IMG/VR virus record: IMGVR_UViG_2851949629_000006
Span: 1-49,715 of that record
Length of the DNA: 49,715 nucleotides
Direction: 5' to 3' (one strand)
Origin: a virus
Taxonomy: Duplodnaviria; Heunggongvirae; Uroviricota; Caudoviricetes
Below the pieces are notes generated by a model. The model was not told the origin of the DNA, did not search any database, and saw only the letters and a program-made list of their open reading frames with translations. Both the position numbers and the translations under genes were made by a program. Positions 44,040-49,715 of this stretch are shown here, piece by piece (within the stretch, counting starts at the first letter, position 1; every line of letters starts with the position of its first letter).

Positions 44040-46061
44040 ATGACGGTCTCAACCGAAGTTGGCCACAACGAATACACTGGTAACGGCGTTACGACTACAT
44101 TCCCTTATACATTCAGGGTTTTCGATAAATCTGATCTGGTAGTGCAGATAGTTGACCTTGAAGAGAATATCACTGTCCTGGTTCTTGATACCGATTACTC
44201 AGTAACCGGGGTGGGGGGATACAATGGTGGCAATGTAATGCTGAGGACAGCGTTAACTTCTGGTTATCGTATTTTTGTATCGCGTGAGCTGCCTGTTACG
44301 CAGGAAACAGATCTGCGCAATCAGGGAAAGTTTCTGGCAGAGGTGCATGAGGATGCATTTGATAAGCTGACGATGCTTATTCAGCAAGTATTTTATAACC
44401 TGAGCAAGGTAATAAAAGTTCCTGAATCAGGGAACTGGTTGGTTCCAACAATTAGGTTAAGAAAGAATAAAATCTTTGCATGGGACGAAGAGGGAAATCC
44501 AATTGCTGTATCACCTGAATCAGGTAGTGCCTCTGATGTAATGATTGAGCTGGCAAAATCATCCGGGGCTGGGTTGATTGGCACAACGTCGGGGGGGACC
44601 GTTCAATCAGTACTGGATGAGTGTCATGCAAGGCTCATCACATGTGAGCGCAACAGCCGGGTGGAAAATTTTTACACGCTGGCGGAAACCTGCACAGCGG
44701 AGCTTTTATCGCTGAATGCCCCGGAGGCATATGACAAATCCATTACGCTGACGGTCAATGAGGAACTGACCACGGACTATACCGGTCCGGTCACAGGTCA
44801 TTGCAGCATCGGTAATCCGCATAACTACACCATTGCGATGTGTACGAGCACAACTCTGGAATATCAGGTTTCCTCGGTGGTACTGGAGAGTGACGGCACG
44901 TTCAGTTTCGCCAGAAGCTGGACTGGGGCTAAGTCTTTTAAACTGTATCGTACATCAAATAACGGTCTGGCAACCGTCTGGGAAGATCCGCTGTGTATCC
45001 GCTCTTACCGGATGCCATCGGATGCCGGGGATGAAACGGTAAGGGTGATGAAAGACCGTACATACACTTATGATCAGGCGGTGTCAGCTATTGCACTGAT
45101 GGCGCAGGGGAATAGTCAGGTGGAACAGTTTGTCCGTGGTTTGTGCGCGATTGTGGGTAGTGGTGGTAGCGAGGGGAGTGTGCCTTTTTTCGTGAACCGC
45201 ATGTCAGCGCAGACATCGTCACAGTATTACCGGACGGGAAACGCAGCGTGGGTGGCGTATGCGCTGGCGTATTATCTGCAGAAATATCCGGATGGTGAAA
45301 TGGCCGTTGTTGCCCGGGATAAACTAACGCAGTGCGCAGAGTGGATTGAAACGTTCAGAGTAGCAGACAGTGGTGATATTCGTTATGGGTTGTATACATC
45401 CGGTAGCGGACGGTATCTGGATGGCGTCTTTTACCCTGATTTTAAAGCAGACTGGTGCACATCGGAGCACCAGTTTGATTTGTGGTTTCTGTTTGACCTG
45501 ATGGGGCGGGTAGGCTTCACCGGCTACGCTGAAAAGGCGAAAGCCCTGGCGGATGCCATTATGGAAAAGCTGTGGGTGGAGGATGAAGGGCGATTTTATG
45601 CCGGGATGCGAACCACCGGGCCTGACAAGGCCTCACCACTGGACTGTGCAAGCTGGGGCGGGCTGTTTGTGTACAATATCGATATGGAAAAAGCCCGGCG
45701 GTGTTTTACTTACCTGGACAGATTCTGGTACGCCACGCACGATGCGACAGGGTACATGCCTTATCATCCGGAATATGGCTACCCGAATAAACAGCGGGGA
45801 GTCTGGGTGGAGGGCAGTGCAGGCGTGGCATTGCTGGCCCGTAGACTGGGAGATGATGCCACCGCGATGGATATTCTGGCGAGGCTGGCACCACTGCGCA
45901 CACGTTATGGTTACATTGATTCAAGCGATTATCCAGATAATGATGACATGCCGCCGTGGCCTTCTTCCTGCAACACGGCCTGGATGATACTGGCATGCGA
46001 TCCGCAGGGGTTCTGGAACGTTGGGGTAAGTAGTCTGTCTGGACGTTATTATAGGTATTGA
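44040..46061 (+). CDS. tail fibre/tailspike with T7 gp17-like N-terminal adaptor domain and a predicted enzymatic C-terminal domain
   Basis: N-terminal ...VTTTFPYTFRVFDKSDLVVQIVD...ITVLVLDTDYSVTG parallels the T7 gp17 N-terminus (...DFNIPFEYLARKFVVVTLIG...KVLTINTDYRF). C-terminal ~400 aa is helix-rich with Trp/Tyr/Asp/Glu-rich segments, suggesting an alpha/alpha-barrel glycosidase rather than a beta-helix. Confidence 0.55.
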   Translation: MTVSTEVGHNEYTGNGVTTTFPYTFRVFDKSDLVVQIVDLEENITVLVLDTDYSVTGVGGYNGGNVMLRTALTSGYRIFVSRELPVTQETDLRNQGKFLAEVHEDAFDKLTMLIQQVFYNLSKVIKVPESGNWLVPTIRLRKNKIFAWDEEGNPIAVSPESGSASDVMIELAKSSGAGLIGTTSGGTVQSVLDECHARLITCERNSRVENFYTLAETCTAELLSLNAPEAYDKSITLTVNEELTTDYTGPVTGHCSIGNPHNYTIAMCTSTTLEYQVSSVVLESDGTFSFARSWTGAKSFKLYRTSNNGLATVWEDPLCIRSYRMPSDAGDETVRVMKDRTYTYDQAVSAIALMAQGNSQVEQFVRGLCAIVGSGGSEGSVPFFVNRMSAQTSSQYYRTGNAAWVAYALAYYLQKYPDGEMAVVARDKLTQCAEWIETFRVADSGDIRYGLYTSGSGRYLDGVFYPDFKADWCTSEHQFDLWFLFDLMGRVGFTGYAEKAKALADAIMEKLWVEDEGRFYAGMRTTGPDKASPLDCASWGGLFVYNIDMEKARRCFTYLDRFWYATHDATGYMPYHPEYGYPNKQRGVWVEGSAGVALLARRLGDDATAMDILARLAPLRTRYGYIDSSDYPDNDDMPPWPSSCNTAWMILACDPQGFWNVGVSSLSGRYYRY

Positions 46062-46157
46062 TTTCTGATAAAGTAATAATTTAACCACATATGGTTTATT
46101 GTGTATGATGAACTCATCAATAAGTGGGTTCTTCATGCACATTAAACGGTGGTTTTT

Positions 46158-46562
46158 ATGTCAGTTCAGCTAACCAGTGAGTCTTTAAATCAGTGGCTTA
46201 GTGCGAGTTCTCTTGCTGCGGTGATAGCAGGGGTTCCTCCAGAGGTGGCTTTGGGAGCTTTGGCTGGGGCGGTAATTTTTGTTACCTCAGCCATCGAGTA
46301 TCCCATTCATCGCCGGGTTCTCCTGTCTATGCTCAGCTTCCTCTGCGGCCTTCTCTTTTACAAACCTACAGCATCCATCCTTATCGGTGTAGCCAGCCTG
46401 ATCCCTACCATCACGCATGACTCTTTCGAGAAAGGGATCGTCTTCTCTGCTGGCGCATTTGTGTCGTCAATTGTCGCCGTGCGAATTGGTATATGGCTTT
46501 ATCACCGTTCCGATAATCCACGAGAGTTAATTCCGGGGAGAAAAGACGATGGTAACGCATGA
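46158..46562 (+). CDS. holin (candidate)
   Basis: ATG at 46158 with GGTGG RBS; about 3 hydrophobic segments and a charged C-terminus; first gene of the lysis cassette. Confidence 0.55.
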   Translation: MSVQLTSESLNQWLSASSLAAVIAGVPPEVALGALAGAVIFVTSAIEYPIHRRVLLSMLSFLCGLLFYKPTASILIGVASLIPTITHDSFEKGIVFSAGAFVSSIVAVRIGIWLYHRSDNPRELIPGRKDDGNA

Positions 46563-46857
46563 CCTTTTTTTACTTATCACCAATGCAGTTATTTGTACTG
46601 GCATAGCAATTCGCGTTGTCACATTCCGGCGTAACGGCTCTCAACATCGAAGATGGGGAGGGTGGCTTGCTTATTTCCTTATTGTTGCTGCGGCCAGTAT
46701 TCCTGTTCGTGTCGTCTATGCAATCTGGTTACGCACGCCAATGGCTGTGGATTTATCTGAGGTCATTATCAACGCTGTCATGCTTGCTGCGGTTATTAAA
46801 ACGCGCGGTAACGTCGTTCAGATTTTCAAAATAACGAGGTCTAAACATGGAGATTAA
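46549..46857 (+). CDS. second holin-like/antiholin-like membrane protein
   Basis: 102 aa with 3 hydrophobic segments; overlaps holin and endolysin genes. Confidence 0.5.
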   Translation: MVTHDLFLLITNAVICTGIAIRVVTFRRNGSQHRRWGGWLAYFLIVAAASIPVRVVYAIWLRTPMAVDLSEVIINAVMLAAVIKTRGNVVQIFKITRSKHGD

Positions 46858-47476
46858 ACAATTCCAGCGAGCTGCTGGTATTAGCGAGGCGCTGGCCGCT
46901 CGCTGGTTCTCGCATATAACTTCTGCGATGAAAGAGTTTGGTATCAGCAAAGCAGAAGATCAGGCAATGTTTATTGCTCAAGTCGGGCATGAGTCTGGGG
47001 GCTTCACCCGGTTGCAGGAAAATTTCAACTACAGCGTCAGCGGACTGGCTAACTTCGTTCGGGCTGGGCGTCTCACTCAGGGACAGGCTAATGCACTTGG
47101 TCGCCGTGCTGGTGAACCACCATTGCCACTCGAGCGCCAGAGAGCGATCGCCAATCTGGTGTACAGCAAACGCATGGGGAACAATGCCTCTGGTGATGGC
47201 TGGAATTACCGTGGCCGCGGACTTATCCAGATTACCGGTTTGAATAACTATCGTGATTGCGGAAACGGCCTGAAAGTGGACCTGCTGGAGAATCCTGAAC
47301 TGTTGGCGCAGGACGAATACGCGGCTCGTAGCGCGGCGTGGTTCTTCTCCAGCAAAGGTTGCATGAAGTATACCGGCGATATTGCACGTGTAACTCTGAT
47401 TATCAATGGTGGCCGGAACGGCATCGACGACCGGCGCGCGCGATACATCAATGCCAGTAAGGTGCTGGCGGTATGA
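46847..47476 (+). CDS. endolysin, glycoside hydrolase family 19 (chitinase-like lysozyme)
   Basis: Motif [12 protein letters not shown] matches the GH19 catalytic signature (compare plant chitinase FLAQTSHETTGG); RBS GAGGT 6 nt upstream. Confidence 0.7.
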   Translation: MEIKQFQRAAGISEALAARWFSHITSAMKEFGISKAEDQAMFIAQVGHESGGFTRLQENFNYSVSGLANFVRAGRLTQGQANALGRRAGEPPLPLERQRAIANLVYSKRMGNNASGDGWNYRGRGLIQITGLNNYRDCGNGLKVDLLENPELLAQDEYAARSAAWFFSSKGCMKYTGDIARVTLIINGGRNGIDDRRARYINASKVLAV

Positions 47477-47955
47477 TCTGGGCATTCGTAAAAGCATACC
47501 GGAAACAGTTGATTATCATGGCGGTGCTTGCTGTTCTGGTCATATCAGGAGTTGTTGCCTGGAGTGTACACGGCAGTCGTCAGTACGACGCCGGGTATGC
47601 GCAGGCGAAAGAAGACCGCAAAACCGAAGATGAGAGAATTCGTCAGCACTACGAACAGGAGAAAGCGATCAATGAACGTGAAGCGCAGCAGAGGATCGAC
47701 CAGGCGCGCAATGATGCTCTTGATGCTGCCGCTCGCGCTGGCCGGTTGCAGCAACAGCTCGTTGCCATCCGTGAGCAGCTCAGGCAGTATAACGCCATTG
47801 TCGGCGCTGGGACGTCAGCCGCAGACACCGGAGTTTTGCTTGCCGACGTGCTCAGTAAATCTCTCGAGAGAAACAGACAACTGGCAGAGTATGCTGACCG
47901 GGCAGCCGAAGCCGGAAGAGTCTGTGAAAAACAGTACGACACCCTGACCAGATAG
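47473..47955 (+). CDS. Rz-like inner-membrane spanin (i-spanin)
   Basis: N-terminal TM helix ([18 protein letters not shown]) then a charged coiled-coil periplasmic domain; last gene of the lysis cassette. Confidence 0.65.
   Translation: MIWAFVKAYRKQLIIMAVLAVLVISGVVAWSVHGSRQYDAGYAQAKEDRKTEDERIRQHYEQEKAINEREAQQRIDQARNDALDAAARAGRLQQQLVAIREQLRQYNAIVGAGTSAADTGVLLADVLSKSLERNRQLAEYADRAAEAGRVCEKQYDTLTR
47672..47947 (+). CDS. Rz1-like outer-membrane lipoprotein spanin (o-spanin), embedded in the +1 frame of the i-spanin gene
   Basis: Signal peptide with lipobox [26 protein letters not shown], Pro/Ser-rich mature part; AGGAGA RBS 9 nt upstream of the ATG at 47672. Confidence 0.6.
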   Translation: MNVKRSRGSTRRAMMLLMLPLALAGCSNSSLPSVSSSGSITPLSALGRQPQTPEFCLPTCSVNLSRETDNWQSMLTGQPKPEESVKNSTTP

Positions 47956-48104
47956 CATGGCATTTTTCATGGTACTGATTTCCGGTGACGGTATATAAAA
48001 CGGTACGGGAAAAATTGAGATTTGGAAAAATGTTATCACTCAATTGGTTATGGTTATCGTAAATAATTGAGTGGGAATGCTTTGACCCTGCACTATGAAT
48101 GAAC

Positions 48105-48134
48105 AAAACCCTCTGTTACTACAGAGGGTTTTTT
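48105..48134. terminator. bidirectional rho-independent terminator
   Basis: AAAA-CCCTCTG-TTACTAC-CAGAGGG-TTTTTT between the lysis cassette (plus) and the convergent 48173 gene (minus). Confidence 0.7.
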
Positions 48135-48172
48135 ATCTTCAAGAATTATAGGATTGAAGTTACTAACATCGA

Positions 48173-48712
48173 TTAATTAAACCAGCTGTCCGATTTGTTC
48201 TCTTCTGCTTTGCCCACGCTTTTCATCAGATCGCGACCGCCTTCAGTCATATTTCTGTTGGCGTCAGCTTCAGATTGCACCACATCGGTTTGCGCAGCTT
48301 TGTGCTTCAGTTCCTGATCGATAAATTCGTTTTCTCGCTTAACGCGGGCTTCTTCTTTCGCCAGCGCCAGTTTTTGTTTCTGAATCTCTAAGCTGCGTAG
48401 CTCATCTTCATAACTTTGATCGCGTTTTTTGTCCGCAGAGGCTTCGGCGTCCAGTTTATCCTGACGAGCTTTCTTATTTGCCGCTGCCGTTGCCGCTCTT
48501 TTGTTAGCGGCGGCCTGGGCATTTGCGCGACGTTGCTTCTCTTGCTGGATTTCCCTGTTGCGCTCCGCGACCCATTCGTCATGCTGCCTTTGCTCTTCAT
48601 TTTTACCTTGCTGTTCCGCTTCTGCGACAGCAGAGAGTTGATCCTGCAATGATGAGGCGATAGCCGGATAGCTTAAGGAGGCTAAGATGGCGCAAAGAAA
48701 AACTTTCTTCAT
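48173..48712 (-). CDS. secreted coiled-coil protein (signal peptide; Lys/Glu/Ala/Gln-rich)
   Basis: N-terminal signal peptide MKKVFLCAILASLSYPAIAS; remainder highly charged and helical. Confidence 0.5.
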   Translation of the reverse strand: MKKVFLCAILASLSYPAIASSLQDQLSAVAEAEQQGKNEEQRQHDEWVAERNREIQQEKQRRANAQAAANKRAATAAANKKARQDKLDAEASADKKRDQSYEDELRSLEIQKQKLALAKEEARVKRENEFIDQELKHKAAQTDVVQSEADANRNMTEGGRDLMKSVGKAEENKSDSWFN

Positions 48713-48727
48713 GACTCCTCCTGATTA

Positions 48728-49231
48728 TTAGCTCTTTTCAGGACATTTGGTATTTGGCTGAATACGCGTTTCGTTATACGTCGTGGTAATAACAACGGCT
48801 AAACCTGTCGTAAACTGGCACTCTTTACCCATCTGGGTAGAGGTATACACTTTGGTGCCTTCCTTATAGGTTAAAGAAACACCTTCCACTAAGGTTTTAT
48901 CATTCACCATAGAACCCGCTGCCGCGCCTACAGCTCCTGCCGTCGTTCCGGAATTGCTGCCAGACCCGACGTTGTGGCCGATAACACCGCCAGCGACTGC
49001 GCCAATAAGCGCGCCGAAGGCTTGTGCGTTCCGTTTATTTTGGGAGTTGTCTACGGCAACTTTTGCGGGAAGAATGGAAATAATATTAACGGTTTTAGTT
49101 TCTTGTTTGGTATTCAGTTGATCGGTTTGATAAACATCGGCAGCATGATCGTCAGCATTTGACTGGCATCCTGCCAGAGTGAATGACGCTAACATTGCCA
49201 CAGGCAGAAGACATTTTTTAAATTTCATCAC
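48728..49231 (-). CDS. glycine-zipper outer-membrane lipoprotein (YcfJ/SlyB-like)
   Basis: Lipobox LAGC after a signal peptide; glycine-zipper segment GALIGAVAGGVIGHNVGSGSNSGTTAGAVGAAAG resembles the YcfJ segment as recalled. Confidence 0.55.
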   Translation of the reverse strand: MMKFKKCLLPVAMLASFTLAGCQSNADDHAADVYQTDQLNTKQETKTVNIISILPAKVAVDNSQNKRNAQAFGALIGAVAGGVIGHNVGSGSNSGTTAGAVGAAAGSMVNDKTLVEGVSLTYKEGTKVYTSTQMGKECQFTTGLAVVITTTYNETRIQPNTKCPEKS

Positions 49232-49538
49232 TATTCCTTGTTATACACATTACGAAAAATAAGACATTTAAGATCATCAAAAGAGGAAAGTAAATGTATT
49301 GCGTATAAAGGGATAGATTAAATTTATTAAAATTCACGCAGGGAATAATTTATAAAAATATATCATTACAACATATATATTAATTTTATATTTATTTCGC
49401 AGCCAAACAGGATAAACATCAGTCAGGATAAAGACGTAAAATTTAAGATGAAAGAATATCTGCCGCTTTGATAATCCCAAACAGCAAAAGCATCCGACAG
49501 CGAAGTGCCGTTATGTTCTGTGAAAGTGGAGAAGGTAA

Positions 49539-49715
49539 CCGCTAACGTTGTACCGGTGATTCGACGGAGAGTGTGGATTGCTGAGCTTCTTTTTTGCTCT
49601 GATGGTGCTGCCAGGCACCGACGGACGAGTAGATAAAACAGCCAAAGAAGAAGATAAAGCTGATGAGCAGTACGATACGGGTCATGCGACTGTTAAATCG
49701 GTGTCGTTTTCGCAT
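49539..49715 (-). CDS. small membrane protein (58 aa)
   Basis: Reverse complement of the window end encodes MRKRHRFNSRMTRIVLLISFIFFFGCFIYSS...; start codon is the last three bases of the window. Confidence 0.4.

Noticed and set aside
46841-47497. 218-aa minus-strand ORF spanning the endolysin gene
   Set aside because: The plus-strand frame carries the GH19 catalytic signature and sits in a coherent holin-endolysin-spanin operon; the antisense ORF has no start context.
1-49715. CRISPR arrays or other long tandem-repeat arrays
   Set aside because: No regularly spaced direct repeats with unique spacers were seen; the only repeats are the iterons, the 45-bp coding duplication, the IS66 copies and the dispersed operator motifs.

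Overview
The window is a decayed temperate prophage with a mosaic architecture, most likely in an Escherichia/Shigella-type host. From left to right: (i) a P4-type tyrosine integrase, cut at the window edge; (ii) a phage Ser/Thr phosphatase gene split by three IS66-family elements nested inside one another, each with its own 8-bp target-site duplication; (iii) a leftward early operon (MTase, AlpA-like, RecT-like annealase, PD-(D/E)XK exonuclease), a two-HTH repressor flanked by O_L/O_R palindromes, cro-like, a lambda O-like initiator carrying in-gene iterons and an in-frame amber codon, and a lambda P-like loader; (iv) terminase small and large subunits; (v) a minus-strand cassette with a tRNA-Arg(UCU) and a bactofilin-like repeat protein; (vi) a T7-like morphogenesis module (portal, scaffold, capsid, tail-tube A/B-like, five internal/ejection proteins); (vii) an AT-rich accessory island in the P22 sieA/immI position holding membrane proteins, an antirepressor behind a leader terminator, and a two-gene cassette whose second gene resembles a YafO-family toxin; (viii) a tail fibre with a T7 gp17-like N-terminus, then holin, GH19 endolysin and Rz/embedded Rz1 spanins; (ix) secreted and lipoprotein genes at the right edge. 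The repressor operator TTACC-N5-GGTAA recurs at promoters across the late and accessory regions, and no Q-like antiterminator or phage RNA polymerase is present. All calls come from reading the sequence and the ORF track; homology statements rest on recalled motifs and family sequences, not on database searches.
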